The notes under the pieces were generated by a model. The model was not told where the DNA came from. It was given only the letters and a program-made list of their open reading frames with translations, and ran no database searches. The translations under genes and the position numbers were made by a program. From positions 1 through 51,282 of the forward strand of contig JBIKWQ010000013.1 in the NCBI GenBank assembly GCA_044356215.1: a stretch of 51,282 nt of DNA, read 5' to 3'. Positions 37,884 to 47,785 of this stretch are shown piece by piece. Numbering within the stretch: the stretch's first letter is position 1; every line of letters begins with the position of its first letter. Origin of the DNA: Bdellovibrionota bacterium. GTDB taxonomy: Bacteria; Bdellovibrionota_C; UBA2361; OMII01.

Positions 37884-37898
37884 TGGCAGGGGAATTGC
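37884..37898 (+). promoter_or_regulatory. sigma54 (-24/-12) promoter of the flagellar operon
   Basis: TGGCAGGGGAATTGC, exact GG-N10-GC spacing, upstream of the flgF operon. Confidence 0.65.
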
Positions 37899-38102
37899 CT
37901 TAGTTAGCTAGGTAACCCCAATTGGGGAGACTCAGGCGCTGGCTACAGATGCTAGTTCAACTAGTTAGCTGGCGCAAGGAAACCGGTGAGTCAAATAGCT
38001 GACGGCGAGCCCCAATTGGAATGCCATCACTTTTGACACCAAAAATCGTCTCAAAGCTCAAGGTAGTAAGTGAGCTATTGGGATTTAAGAACACGAGGAT
38101 AC

Positions 38103-38864
38103 ATGCTCAACCAGTTATCGATATGGCAGATGGTGATCGATCTCTCATTAGTGACTTCCATCCTAGTGATGGCGTTTCGGTTTACCAAGAGTTTGCGAGC
38201 TCAAGCGCTAATGCCGCGGTTAGCAGAGCTTGAGGCGCGTGTGGTCACTTTGATGAACGATACCGAGGACCGAGCCCAGAGGATAAGTGAGCAATTCATT
38301 CGCCGCGAGCAAAACATCTCAAGAAATGTGGCCGATATCGAAAAACGCCAAAGAGAGATGGAGTTGTCGCTTAATGACAGCGATACGTTAGCTAAGGAGC
38401 TAGCTCTTATGTGCGAGAGCGCGAGGAGAGAAGCGGCTGAATTAGAGCGTTTGGTTATCGAGGCTCGCGATAACAATAGAGTGACGACCCACGCGACCCG
38501 CTCAGAGCGTTCAGAGTTCATTCCCGCAAGTCGTGGACGCTATAGCGATCATGACAGAGCGCCCCAAACAAGCGCGGCTGAAGATAATAAGCCGGGACCG
38601 ATATCTACAGAGCCGAGCGACTCTCGTAGCTCTGCAGTTAAGACGTTGCAAGATTCTTATCGATTGGCGGAGCGGATGCTCAAAGAGGGAAGTAAGCCTA
38701 AAGAGGTTTCCGATCGTACCAAATTGTCGCTCGATGGAGTCGAGCGCCTAGCTCAGATGATCGAGATAGAGCGCGAGGAGATCAAGGACAATCAGGCCAG
38801 ATATGGGACACCTCGACCCGTGGCGGACCCACGTCTTGGCGCCCTTGGAATGTCGAGGCGCTAA
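38103..38864 (+). CDS. Membrane-anchored coiled-coil protein with C-terminal HTH (DUF2802-like), first gene of flagellar operon
   Basis: N-terminal TM, long coiled coil, Y..A..ML.EG....EV.....L....V motif. Confidence 0.6.
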   Translation: MLNQLSIWQMVIDLSLVTSILVMAFRFTKSLRAQALMPRLAELEARVVTLMNDTEDRAQRISEQFIRREQNISRNVADIEKRQREMELSLNDSDTLAKELALMCESARREAAELERLVIEARDNNRVTTHATRSERSEFIPASRGRYSDHDRAPQTSAAEDNKPGPISTEPSDSRSSAVKTLQDSYRLAERMLKEGSKPKEVSDRTKLSLDGVERLAQMIEIEREEIKDNQARYGTPRPVADPRLGALGMSRR

Positions 38865-38909
38865 TTTGTGAGCGGATTTAACTGTAGTGACGCGTAGGGA
38901 GAGTTAGAG

Positions 38910-39686
38910 ATGGATATCGGCACATATGTATCGACATCTTCTGGGGTTCTGCAGATGCGCAAGCTAGAGGTGCAGAATCATAATCTAGCTAATATCAATA
39001 CAGTTGGCTTTAAGGGCCAGTTCGTTGTCGCTGAGTCCCAACAGTTCGATAAAACCTTAGCGAGTCAGATCGATGAGAAGGATCCATTTGCGAAGTCGGA
39101 TCAAACGAGACTCCCTAATGTTGTCGGTGTAAAAACCCAGATCGATTTTTCTCAGGGTCCGATTCAGCACACGGGTAATCCTCTCGACGCGGCGCTTAGA
39201 GGACCAAATGATTTCTTTGTCATTAATACGCCCCAGGGAGATCGTTATACGCGAGCTGGTAATTTCGCCCTATCCGCGGCGGGTGAACTAGTTACGGCCG
39301 ATGGATTCCGGGTAATGGGTGATGGAGGCGCGATTTTGGCGCAGGCTCCAGGGGTGTCCCTTTTTCCAGACGGAAGTGTTCGCGCCGGCCCGAATGTGGG
39401 CGCGCAGCCAAATATAGTTGGCAGATTGCGGGTGGTGCGTTTTCAAGACACCGCGGGCCTCGAAGCAACTGAAGGGGCACGTTTCAAAATTAAGAGCGGG
39501 CCTCAACCAGTACCTGTAGATCCACGGATCGAGCCACAGTCCCTAGAGATGTCAAATGTTTCAGCGATCGTTGGAATGGTCGACTTAATCGCGACCAATA
39601 GAGCTTTTGAGGCATACACAAAAGCCGCGCAGACCTTGGATACGATGAACCAGGCGTCGGTAACGCAGTTGGGAAGAAGGCAATAG
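38910..39686 (+). CDS. flgF: Flagellar basal-body rod protein FlgF
   Basis: NLANINTVGFK, TGNPLDAAL.G, YTRAGNF, LEMSNVS; precedes flgG. Confidence 0.88.
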   Translation: MDIGTYVSTSSGVLQMRKLEVQNHNLANINTVGFKGQFVVAESQQFDKTLASQIDEKDPFAKSDQTRLPNVVGVKTQIDFSQGPIQHTGNPLDAALRGPNDFFVINTPQGDRYTRAGNFALSAAGELVTADGFRVMGDGGAILAQAPGVSLFPDGSVRAGPNVGAQPNIVGRLRVVRFQDTAGLEATEGARFKIKSGPQPVPVDPRIEPQSLEMSNVSAIVGMVDLIATNRAFEAYTKAAQTLDTMNQASVTQLGRRQ

Positions 39687-39704
39687 GAGAGATAGGGAGC
39701 ACTT

Positions 39705-40493
39705 ATGATTAGAGCACTGTACACCGCGGCTACCGGCATGAACGCTCAGGAGACGAATATCGACGTCATCTCCAACAACCTAGCGAACGTAAACACGGTA
39801 GGATTCAAAAAGGGAAGGGCCGATTTTCAAGACTTGATGTATCAGTATGTTGTTGAGCCTGGGGCGCAAACCTCTCAGACTACTTTTAATCCCACCGGCG
39901 TTCAAATAGGACTTGGAGTAAAAACCGCGGCGGTTCAGAAGGTCTTTACGCAAGGCGACCTAAGCTCTACAGGAAATCAGCTTGATGTAGCGATAGAGGG
40001 AGATGGATTCTTCCAGGTCTTGCGTCCGGATGGAACATTCGCCTACACGCGTACCGGAGTTTTTCAGCTAGACCAAAACGGATTGCTGGTAACTTCCGAT
40101 GGATATCAAGTCGCTCCAGGAATAACGATCCCGCCGGATTCACTGAAAATAACGATCGCTAGAGATGGTAGCGTATCTGTGACTCAACCAAACAACGCGG
40201 TACCAACACAGGTTGGACAGTTAATCGGAGTACGATTCCCGAATAATGCGGGCTTACGTGCTGTAGGTCAGAACCTATACGAGGAGACTCAGGCATCGGG
40301 AGCGGCCGTAAATGGAATTTTCAGTCAGCTCGGATTCGGTCGTCTTAATCAAGGATTTCTTGAGAGCAGCAACGTGAGTGTTGTTGAGCAGGTTGTAAAT
40401 ATGATCACCGCTCAGCGTGCTTACGAAGCCTCATCAAAGGGAATTACAACTGCTGATGAGATGCTCAACCAAGCGATTAACTTAAAGAGGTAA
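39705..40493 (+). CDS. flgG: Flagellar distal rod protein FlgG
   Basis: MIRALYTAATGMNAQ, SNNLANVNT.GFKK.RA.FQDLMYQ, MITAQRAYE. Confidence 0.96.
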   Translation: MIRALYTAATGMNAQETNIDVISNNLANVNTVGFKKGRADFQDLMYQYVVEPGAQTSQTTFNPTGVQIGLGVKTAAVQKVFTQGDLSSTGNQLDVAIEGDGFFQVLRPDGTFAYTRTGVFQLDQNGLLVTSDGYQVAPGITIPPDSLKITIARDGSVSVTQPNNAVPTQVGQLIGVRFPNNAGLRAVGQNLYEETQASGAAVNGIFSQLGFGRLNQGFLESSNVSVVEQVVNMITAQRAYEASSKGITTADEMLNQAINLKR

Positions 40494-40498
40494 TAGAG

Positions 40499-41491
40499 AT
40501 GATTAAGAGCGTGTCGCGACAACTGATGATTATAGCGCTCTTCGGGATGGGCTCAGTCAGTTTAGCTAAAGCCGATATAATCGCCCCTGCCAAAACAGAG
40601 ATCCATATTCAGGGGAGAGGTGACGTGATCGTGACAGACGGCGTAATTCGATTGGCTGATATAGCGCTAATCGAGTCCGCTTCAGTGGCTGATGATAGCT
40701 CGATAGTTGAGCTGAGGAAGATACCGTTGGGCTCCAGCCCCCGAGCTGGAGAGACTCTGACTATAGAGGGAGTTTCTGTGTTGGAGAAGCTTAAGGACTC
40801 TGGAGTGAGGCTCAATACCTTACTGTACACCTTTCCAAAAGAGATCCGTATCACGCGAGCCTATCGAGAGGTCTCTCAGGATGAGCTTGAAAGAGCGCTG
40901 AAATCGTTCCTGTTAACACAGGATAGGCAGATCGAGGTCAAGCAAGTTTTGGCCGACCAGCCGATTAAAGTTCCAGCCGACGCCCCACACGTGGAGGTGG
41001 TGGCGCTGAAGGCGACTCAGCCGGGCCATTTCGGTATCGATTACAGGTCGCACGCTAGCTCAGGCGATGTCCGTTTCCAGATGAAGGCTGTTGCGGAGGA
41101 GTGGAGAGTGGTCCCAACAGCGGTAAGGCCGCTTAAGCGTGGTGATGTTGTAACCGCCGCCGATATCAGATTAACAAAGATGAGCGCGGCATCATTGAAT
41201 TCAGGGGTTTTGGAACAGGTAGGTGATGTAGTTGATATGGCTCTTCTTAAAGATGTCGGACAAGGCGAGATCTTTACCGCCAAAACAGTCAAGGTTCCAG
41301 CGGTCGTTGAGGCCGGCTCAAAGGTGACGATGGTCTTTAGACGCGGCAGGCTAGAGGCAACTGCTACAGGTATAGCGTTGGAAGATGGTGCTATTGAGCA
41401 AGAGATAAGTGTCCGAAACGAGTCATCGAAGAAAGTAGTAAGGGCGCGGGTAAGTGAGAAAGGTGTGGTTTTTGTCGGGGCTAAGGGATAA
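40499..41491 (+). CDS. flgA: Flagellar P-ring formation chaperone FlgA
   Basis: Signal peptide; C-terminal SAF region G.ALEDG....I.VRN..SKK. Confidence 0.88.
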   Translation: MIKSVSRQLMIIALFGMGSVSLAKADIIAPAKTEIHIQGRGDVIVTDGVIRLADIALIESASVADDSSIVELRKIPLGSSPRAGETLTIEGVSVLEKLKDSGVRLNTLLYTFPKEIRITRAYREVSQDELERALKSFLLTQDRQIEVKQVLADQPIKVPADAPHVEVVALKATQPGHFGIDYRSHASSGDVRFQMKAVAEEWRVVPTAVRPLKRGDVVTAADIRLTKMSAASLNSGVLEQVGDVVDMALLKDVGQGEIFTAKTVKVPAVVEAGSKVTMVFRRGRLEATATGIALEDGAIEQEISVRNESSKKVVRARVSEKGVVFVGAKG

Positions 41492-42468
41492 TGAAACGTT
41501 CAGTTCGTACCCAATCGATCAATGACCTTAGCGCGTCGGCGCTAAAGTGCTTAAGTGTTTTAGGAGTTGGTCTGATAGCCGGATGTGCTCCGGAGATAAT
41601 CCCGAATCCTTATGTACCGTCGCGGCGTTATGCTACGGTGGCATCACCTGGTAGCGCCAATCTTCCAGAGCTTCAGGAGGAGCGTAGAGCTAACTGGAAA
41701 GGTGGTTTTGTTGAGGAGAAGATAGATGAAGACCGCGCGCGTATACGGGCGGCTGATGCTCCACCGGCGGTGGTGGCTATGACCGTGCGCCCCGCGCAAT
41801 TTAAAGGAGACACTCAGGGCTTAGGCCCTGAGGTGAATATAATAAAGAGCTCAGAGCGCGCTTCTCTGGGATATAGAGGACCGCTCGATATTGGTGATCC
41901 AGGTGTCACAGCGTCTCTTTTTAGAGAGAGTCAGGTTGGTAACGATCCCTTCCGTGATTATCGCGCGTGGCAACCTATGGATCTTGTGACGATCGTTGTG
42001 ACAGAGCAGTCTCTCGGCCAACAGCTAGCTAATACTGAGGTCAAATCAAAGAGTGAATATCTGGCGGCGATCGAGAACTTCTTCGGCTTAGAGAAGCAGA
42101 CTCAGGACTGGACTAACAAACCGGACTTAACGAGCCTTATTCAAGCGCAGACTAAGAATGATTTCAGAGGCGAGGGGCGTACGCTTAGGCAGGCTCAGTT
42201 AAACGCGCGTGTCTCGGCGGTGGTCGCTGAAGTTCTCCCATCAGGCCTTTTGCGTATAGAGGGTGAGAAGATTATCGCTGTGAATAATGAGGAACAGGTC
42301 TTAGTAATCTCAGGCCTTGTAAGACAACGTGATATCAACTCAAACAACGAGGTTAACGCCTCACAGATCGCTCAGGTGCGAATTGATTATTACGGCAAGG
42401 GAACAGTTGGGGAAGCGCAGTATGGTGGTTGGTTATCAAGATTGTTGAGGATTCTGTGGCCATTTTAA
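41491..42468 (+). CDS. flgH: Flagellar L-ring protein FlgH
   Basis: Lipobox IAGC, D.RA....DLVTI.V.E, EVLPSG.L.IEGEK, SGLVR..DI, C-terminal WPF. Confidence 0.92.
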   Translation: MKRSVRTQSINDLSASALKCLSVLGVGLIAGCAPEIIPNPYVPSRRYATVASPGSANLPELQEERRANWKGGFVEEKIDEDRARIRAADAPPAVVAMTVRPAQFKGDTQGLGPEVNIIKSSERASLGYRGPLDIGDPGVTASLFRESQVGNDPFRDYRAWQPMDLVTIVVTEQSLGQQLANTEVKSKSEYLAAIENFFGLEKQTQDWTNKPDLTSLIQAQTKNDFRGEGRTLRQAQLNARVSAVVAEVLPSGLLRIEGEKIIAVNNEEQVLVISGLVRQRDINSNNEVNASQIAQVRIDYYGKGTVGEAQYGGWLSRLLRILWPF

Positions 42469-43559
42469 TTAGAAATATATTCTTCATGCTACTAGCCTCG
42501 TTGACCTTCTGCTCAGAGGTCTACGCGGCGCGGCTAAAAGATATCGCTGATATCGAGGGTGTTCGAGGTAACCAGTTGCTCGGCTATGGATTGGTGGTCG
42601 GCTTAAATGGAACCGGCGATGGTCGTATGACCGACTTTACCCCTAAGAGTATCTCAAACATGCTCGAGAAGATGGGAATCCGCGTTGACCCGATGGCGGT
42701 TCGTGTGAAGAACGTCGCCGCCGTTATGGTGACCGCGGAGCTTCCAGCATTCGCTAGGGCTGGATCTAAGATCGACATTACTCTCTCATCGATGGGAGAC
42801 GCAAAGAGCTTACAGGGTGGTACCTTAGTATTTACTCCCCTTAAAGGAGCAGATGGTAATACATACGCTGTTGGTCAAGGAGCAATAGACTTGGGAGGGT
42901 TCGCTGTTAGCGATGGTGGAGATTCGGCGCAGAAGAATCATCCGACAGTGGCGGTGATACCAAATGGTGGTGTGGTAGAGAGATCGATCCCCTTCGATTT
43001 ATTCCAATCAAAAAAAGTTCGTATCGTCTTAAGGAGGCCTGATTTCACGACTATGACAAGGGTCGTCGCGGCTCTAAATAATCGCATGGGGAGAGACTCC
43101 GCGGTGGCGATCGATTCAGGGGCGGTTGAGATAGCGCTAGATCCGCGCGGTCAGTTTGATCCAGTCGGTATGGTAGCGCGGCTAGAGCAGGTAGAAGTTG
43201 AACAAGATATCGGAGCCCGAGTATTAGTAAACGAACGTACCGGCACAATTATCATGGGAGAGAAGGTAACTCTTAGTAAGGTAGCGCTCGCTCATGGAAA
43301 TCTAAATATCGCTATTCGTTCTGAGACTGATGTAGTTCAACCAAACGCTTTGGCTGGAGGTGTAACAGCCGGTGTAACGAATACTGATGTTAATGTTGGA
43401 GAAGAGGTCAAGGCTCTGCGCATCGTTGGAGGAGAAGTAACCTTAGGAGACGTAGTATCCGCGCTAAACGAGTTGGGAGCGACACCGCGAGATCTGATCG
43501 CGATCTTCACGGCTCTTAAAGCAGCCGGAGCGCTTAACGCAGAACTTGTCGTGATGTAG
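42456..43559 (+). CDS. flgI: Flagellar P-ring protein FlgI
   Basis: RLKDIADIEGVRGNQLLGYGLVVGLNGTGD, KNVAAVMVTAELP, NERTGTI, LKAAGALNAEL. Confidence 0.96.
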   Translation: MAILIRNIFFMLLASLTFCSEVYAARLKDIADIEGVRGNQLLGYGLVVGLNGTGDGRMTDFTPKSISNMLEKMGIRVDPMAVRVKNVAAVMVTAELPAFARAGSKIDITLSSMGDAKSLQGGTLVFTPLKGADGNTYAVGQGAIDLGGFAVSDGGDSAQKNHPTVAVIPNGGVVERSIPFDLFQSKKVRIVLRRPDFTTMTRVVAALNNRMGRDSAVAIDSGAVEIALDPRGQFDPVGMVARLEQVEVEQDIGARVLVNERTGTIIMGEKVTLSKVALAHGNLNIAIRSETDVVQPNALAGGVTAGVTNTDVNVGEEVKALRIVGGEVTLGDVVSALNELGATPRDLIAIFTALKAAGALNAELVVM

Positions 43560-43571
43560 GATGGGAGTGTT

Positions 43572-43874
43572 ATGACTTCAATTAAATCAATTGGGGATAC
43601 GTTAGGGGCGCAGGTTAAGAATCTAAACTCAAAGACGCCATTAACCAAACAGCCTGAGGAAGCGGCGCAACAATTTGAGGCGCTTTTAGTTAAGCAGATG
43701 TTAGACTCGATGTGGTCGACCGTTCCCAAAGGAGGTATCGTATCGGGGAGTAACGAGGAGTCTCTTTATAGGGATATGTTTAATGAGGCTCTATCAAACT
43801 CCATTTCTGAAGGTAGGGGGATCGGAATTAAGGATGTAATTCTTAAGGATTTCAATAGGTTCAATAAAAAGTAA
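43572..43874 (+). CDS. flgJ: FlgJ rod-binding domain protein (no muramidase domain)
   Basis: AAQQFEALLVKQML.SM..TVP..G....Y.DM....L...IS...GIG. Confidence 0.85.
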   Translation: MTSIKSIGDTLGAQVKNLNSKTPLTKQPEEAAQQFEALLVKQMLDSMWSTVPKGGIVSGSNEESLYRDMFNEALSNSISEGRGIGIKDVILKDFNRFNKK

Positions 43875-43963
43875 ACCGTTTCTGAGGTAGCTGCATCTTA
43901 TTGTTTAGCCGGTGGTTTAGTACCACAGTCGCGAAGGTGTATCAGTAGGTAGGCGAGGTAGAT

Positions 43964-44320
43964 ATGAAGGTGCCTGGTTCGGATGGAAGCAGTAACTCTC
44001 TCCCAAGAATTAAAGAGGGAGTAGGAGATAGTCGTTCAGTCGCTCGTAAGGGATCGGGAGAAGCCGACACGCGTCATTCAGGCTTACTTGGAGAGCTATC
44101 CAAGAGAGACACCGACACGATCACAGTGTCTCCATTAAGCTCGAGGATACGCGCCGAGCTGAATCCGGCGAATATGGCCGACGAGCGTAGATCCAGAGTG
44201 GAAGAGTTGGGGCGACAGGTCGCAAATGGCTCTTATAATCCACCAAGGGAATTAGTCGCTAACGCGATAGGCGAAGAGATATCGTTTGAGGTGTTACTGG
44301 GTAAAGTGATGAATAAGTAA
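43964..44320 (+). CDS. flgM: Anti-sigma28 factor FlgM
   Basis: D.I.VS..., R..RVEEL..QV.NGSY.P....VA..I; gene order. Confidence 0.8.
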   Translation: MKVPGSDGSSNSLPRIKEGVGDSRSVARKGSGEADTRHSGLLGELSKRDTDTITVSPLSSRIRAELNPANMADERRSRVEELGRQVANGSYNPPRELVANAIGEEISFEVLLGKVMNK

Positions 44321-44327
44321 TGGAGAT

Positions 44328-44840
44328 ATGAAGCTAAATCCTGGCGCTGTTAAGCAACTAGAGAGGATCCTTGAGAGAGAGCTCTCGTGCTATACCGATT
44401 ACCTAGCGCTTCTGGCGGAAGAGCAAAAGAGCGTAGTTGGATTAAAGCCGGACCAAGTTGAGGCGCTAAGTACCCGCCGATCTGAAGTAGTAACCCTAAT
44501 TGGTGATTTAAGAGATCAGAGGCTTAAATTAGTCGCTGATGTAACAGGTAATCACGATACTCGTCTAAGTGATTTTATAAAAACCTCGTGCGCCCCCGCG
44601 GATGCTAAACGGTTAGACAAGATAGCCTCGCAGATTAAGGCCATTCTCACGGTAGTTGAGTCAAAAAGTCGCGAATTTAGCCAGGTTTTGAATTTCTCTC
44701 TAGGTCTGGTTAACGGAGAGATATCACTGCTCTGGTCAGCTTCCCAATCCGTCACAAGAGTTTACAACGCATTTGGATCTGTCACAGAGGCGACCCAGCC
44801 CACCGCGCCGCGCACTGGATCTTTATTGGGAGAGGCCTAG
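44328..44840 (+). CDS. flgN: Flagellar export chaperone FlgN
   Basis: Helical L..E...Y..L..L..EE pattern, located between flgM and flgK. Confidence 0.75.
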   Translation: MKLNPGAVKQLERILERELSCYTDYLALLAEEQKSVVGLKPDQVEALSTRRSEVVTLIGDLRDQRLKLVADVTGNHDTRLSDFIKTSCAPADAKRLDKIASQIKAILTVVESKSREFSQVLNFSLGLVNGEISLLWSASQSVTRVYNAFGSVTEATQPTAPRTGSLLGEA

Positions 44841-44905
44841 GGAAGGCCGGCAAAACCTCGCTTACGCGAGTTTTTGCTCGGTAACGGCGCTAATCGCGCC
44901 TTTTG
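44838..44905. repeat. GGAAG-family repeat end at the flgN stop codon
   Basis: TAG-GGAAGGCCGGCAAAACC: 17 bp identical to the TIR at 16365-16381; downstream similar to the 8678-8787 element. Confidence 0.75.
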
Positions 44906-44923
44906 TGCGGGCTTAATTCCATC

Positions 44924-44939
44924 AGGCACACCACTTGCA
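44924..44939 (+). promoter_or_regulatory. sigma54 promoter of flgKL
   Basis: AGGCACACCACTTGCA, GG-N10-GC, near consensus TGGCAC-N5-TTGCA, 60 bp upstream of flgK. Confidence 0.75.
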
Positions 44940-44999
44940 CCCCTCTGAAGGAGGAGCTCCAAACAGGCAATTTTTGCCGGATGATGAGAAGCCAACAGT

Positions 45000-46640
45000 A
45001 TGGTGCAATTTACCTCTAAGCTACTAACCAGTGCGGTCAGCTCAATGACAGCTCAGCAAGCTCTGCTAGCTAACTCATCCAATAATATAGCGAACGTTAA
45101 CACTCCAGGTTACACCAGGCGTGAGATCGATATAAGAAACCGCTCTGAGCCGGTTTCCGTTGATTCGGTGCTGCGTGTCGGCAGCGGAGTTCAGATAGGT
45201 GATATTCGCCGCATCACAAATGAGTTCCTCGAGATTTCACTGCGATCCGCTGGTGCTAAGCAGGGTAAAGCGGAGGTGAAGAATGAGTACTTAAGTAGGA
45301 TCGAGAATATCTTCGCTCTATCGGGCTCTCAGGCGACAATCGGCGGAGCGCTGAATAATTTCTTCTCCTCAGTTAACCAGGTGGGCCTGGATCCATCTAA
45401 TTTAGATCTACGTCTCGATGTCCTTCAGAGGGGAGAGGAGCTCGTAAATACGATCAAAAGCGCCTACGAGGAGATCGCTAACGCTCAGACTGAGCTTGAT
45501 CAGCGAGTATATCAAGAAGTTGATTCGATTAACTCCCTAACACGAGAACTAGCCAACCTGAATAATGCGGTTGGATTACGCGAGGCGGCGGGTGTGGCTG
45601 CGATTGATGAGCGTGATCAGCGAGATGTGGTGCTTGGAAAACTGAGCGCTAAGATCGGAATTAAAACACTAGAATTGCCAAGTGGAATGGTGAACGTTTA
45701 CCTGGATAACGGATTTCCACTCGTATCGGAAGGAATATCGAGACAGTTGACCGTGACCACCTCTCCTTCATTCGCTCCTGGTCAGATGCCGCCGTCTCTA
45801 AGTGGAGGCATATTGAGCTATGTGACTTACAATTTCGGAACCGAGGCAGCCCCAACCCATATCGATCTAACGAAGGTTATCAAAAATGGAGAGGGGAGTT
45901 TAGGTGGAGTCTTGCAGTTAAGGGGATACGCTGAGGTAACGAACACCTCAGCATTCCAAGCAGACGGTGAGTTGGTACAGATGGCTTCGCGAATAGAGGC
46001 GTTAACCAGGAACCTTCTTACCACTGTTAACTCAGAGTATCTTGGTGCTGATGAGAACCCAAGCACTTTACAGCACGATCCTAGTTCAGGTGATCTTAAT
46101 GGGAATCCGCCTTCAACGTTCGGATTGTTTGACTTTGATTATTCGGGGGTAAAAGACGCCGATGGTGATGGACTACCCAGTTCAAGTGATCTTAGCGCAA
46201 GCGGCGTTGATTCGTTTACGCGCTATCTCAAGTTGGGATTCTCATCAGCTTCACAATTCGCCGCTGGTAGAGATTCAAACGCCACGGGCGGAGCGTTAAA
46301 TATTGCCCCCGGTGATGGCCGCAACGCACAGGCCATCGCCGATTTGAGAACAAGCTCGCAGAGCTTCTCAGCGGGCGCCTTCTCGTTTTTGGGTACCTTC
46401 GACGAGCTATATAACTCATCTGTAAGTACAGTTGGTAATTTAAAATCATCTGCTCAGATAGAATATGATGTCGCTAAGCAGTCTTATTCGATGACCAGCG
46501 TGAAAAGAGACGAATTCTCATCGGTAAGTTTAGATGAGGAGTTCGCTAATGTAATCAAGTTTCAGAAGGCTTTTCAGGCTTCGGCACGGATGATCCGGAC
46601 AGCTTCTGAGATCCTAGACACAATCGTAGGCTTAATATGA
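45000..46640 (+). CDS. flgK: Hook-associated protein FlgK
   Basis: SNNIANVNTPGYTR, DQRD.....LS, S.VSLDEE.AN.IKFQKAFQASARMI. Confidence 0.94.
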   Translation: MVQFTSKLLTSAVSSMTAQQALLANSSNNIANVNTPGYTRREIDIRNRSEPVSVDSVLRVGSGVQIGDIRRITNEFLEISLRSAGAKQGKAEVKNEYLSRIENIFALSGSQATIGGALNNFFSSVNQVGLDPSNLDLRLDVLQRGEELVNTIKSAYEEIANAQTELDQRVYQEVDSINSLTRELANLNNAVGLREAAGVAAIDERDQRDVVLGKLSAKIGIKTLELPSGMVNVYLDNGFPLVSEGISRQLTVTTSPSFAPGQMPPSLSGGILSYVTYNFGTEAAPTHIDLTKVIKNGEGSLGGVLQLRGYAEVTNTSAFQADGELVQMASRIEALTRNLLTTVNSEYLGADENPSTLQHDPSSGDLNGNPPSTFGLFDFDYSGVKDADGDGLPSSSDLSASGVDSFTRYLKLGFSSASQFAAGRDSNATGGALNIAPGDGRNAQAIADLRTSSQSFSAGAFSFLGTFDELYNSSVSTVGNLKSSAQIEYDVAKQSYSMTSVKRDEFSSVSLDEEFANVIKFQKAFQASARMIRTASEILDTIVGLI

Positions 46641-47626
46641 GAAGAGTTTCCGAAAATCAGAATGTTCGCATGCTCGTCTCTAACGCCCTGGACAATAAGA
46701 GGCGCCTTAATGAGGTTTCCAACCAACTTACATCCGGCGTACGGGTTAACAAGCCAAGCGATTCAGTAGACGCTGGATCAATCGCACGCTATCAAACGCT
46801 GATCGCCAAAGTTGACTCCTACGGAACAACGATATCTCAAGCTAAAAGCTTCTTAGAGTTTCAAGATAGCGTGGTCAGCCAGGCTACAGAGATTATCACA
46901 CGCGCTAAAGAGATAGCGCAGCAGGCAGCGAATGAAACGCTTAGCGCTCAATCCAGAGCTCAATTAGCCGAGGAGGTTTATCAGCTTCGCGATCAGTTCG
47001 CGAACCTAGCTAACTCAAATTACCAGGGTCGCTACGTTTACGGCGGAAGCGATGATGACGATCCCCCGTATGACGCCGCTGAGTACGACGAGCCAGCATC
47101 AGGTGCAGCGAAGACGAGATACGTTTTCGACGCCGAGGCCGGTACGGCGGATAATAAGTCAGTTAAGGTAACGGATGGGATCTCTGTGACACTTAATACC
47201 CAGGCCGATCAAGTCTTTGGTACCGGAATGGAGGCGCTTGAGAGGCTTTCACGAACCCTTGCCGGCTTCAGGACCCTTCCAGATGTCTCCGGGACTCCGG
47301 ATGGAACGGGAGCCGCCTATACATTCCCCGATGACTATCACGCTCAAACAGAGGACATTCGCGACGCGATAAATCTGCTCAATACCGCTAGAGACATTGA
47401 CCTGATACCGGAGCGGGTTAGCCTCGGAGGTCGGCTTCGTCGCCTTGAGACCGGGCAGGCGTTGCTTGAACTAAGCAAAAATTCGGCTAAAGAGGTGCTG
47501 AGCCGACTGCAGGACGCGGACGAGACAGAGGCCGCGGCTAATCTGCAACAAGCGCAGACCGCGCTTCAGGCGTCCTACGCCGTCACCGCAAAGGTTCTGC
47601 GGATGACTATTCTGGATTATGTGTAA
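46637..47626 (+). CDS. flgL: Hook-associated protein FlgL
   Basis: Q.TSG.RVNKPSD, LANSNYQGRYVYGG, ALQASY.......ILDYV; 4-bp overlap with flgK. Confidence 0.9.
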   Translation: MRRVSENQNVRMLVSNALDNKRRLNEVSNQLTSGVRVNKPSDSVDAGSIARYQTLIAKVDSYGTTISQAKSFLEFQDSVVSQATEIITRAKEIAQQAANETLSAQSRAQLAEEVYQLRDQFANLANSNYQGRYVYGGSDDDDPPYDAAEYDEPASGAAKTRYVFDAEAGTADNKSVKVTDGISVTLNTQADQVFGTGMEALERLSRTLAGFRTLPDVSGTPDGTGAAYTFPDDYHAQTEDIRDAINLLNTARDIDLIPERVSLGGRLRRLETGQALLELSKNSAKEVLSRLQDADETEAAANLQQAQTALQASYAVTAKVLRMTILDYV

Positions 47627-47747
47627 AGATGGCGCACAAGATGAAATTATGACTCTTTTCATCACTCACTGTCCTCGCCGCGCTCTTTGTTTTTCACGTT
47701 TTGACGGCTAATTTGCATATAAACGGCCAGATAATCTCTTTTGGGCA

Positions 47748-47776
47748 TTGACCTCAAATTAAACTCGCCACAGTAT
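47748..47776 (+). promoter_or_regulatory. Putative sigma70 promoter
   Basis: TTGACC-N17-CAGTAT; implied start near 47783, just before the structured region. Confidence 0.45.
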
Positions 47777-47785
47777 ATCGACGCT

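Noticed and set aside
43572..43874. Short flgJ as a pseudogene
   Set aside because: Single-domain rod-binding FlgJ without muramidase is normal in many lineages
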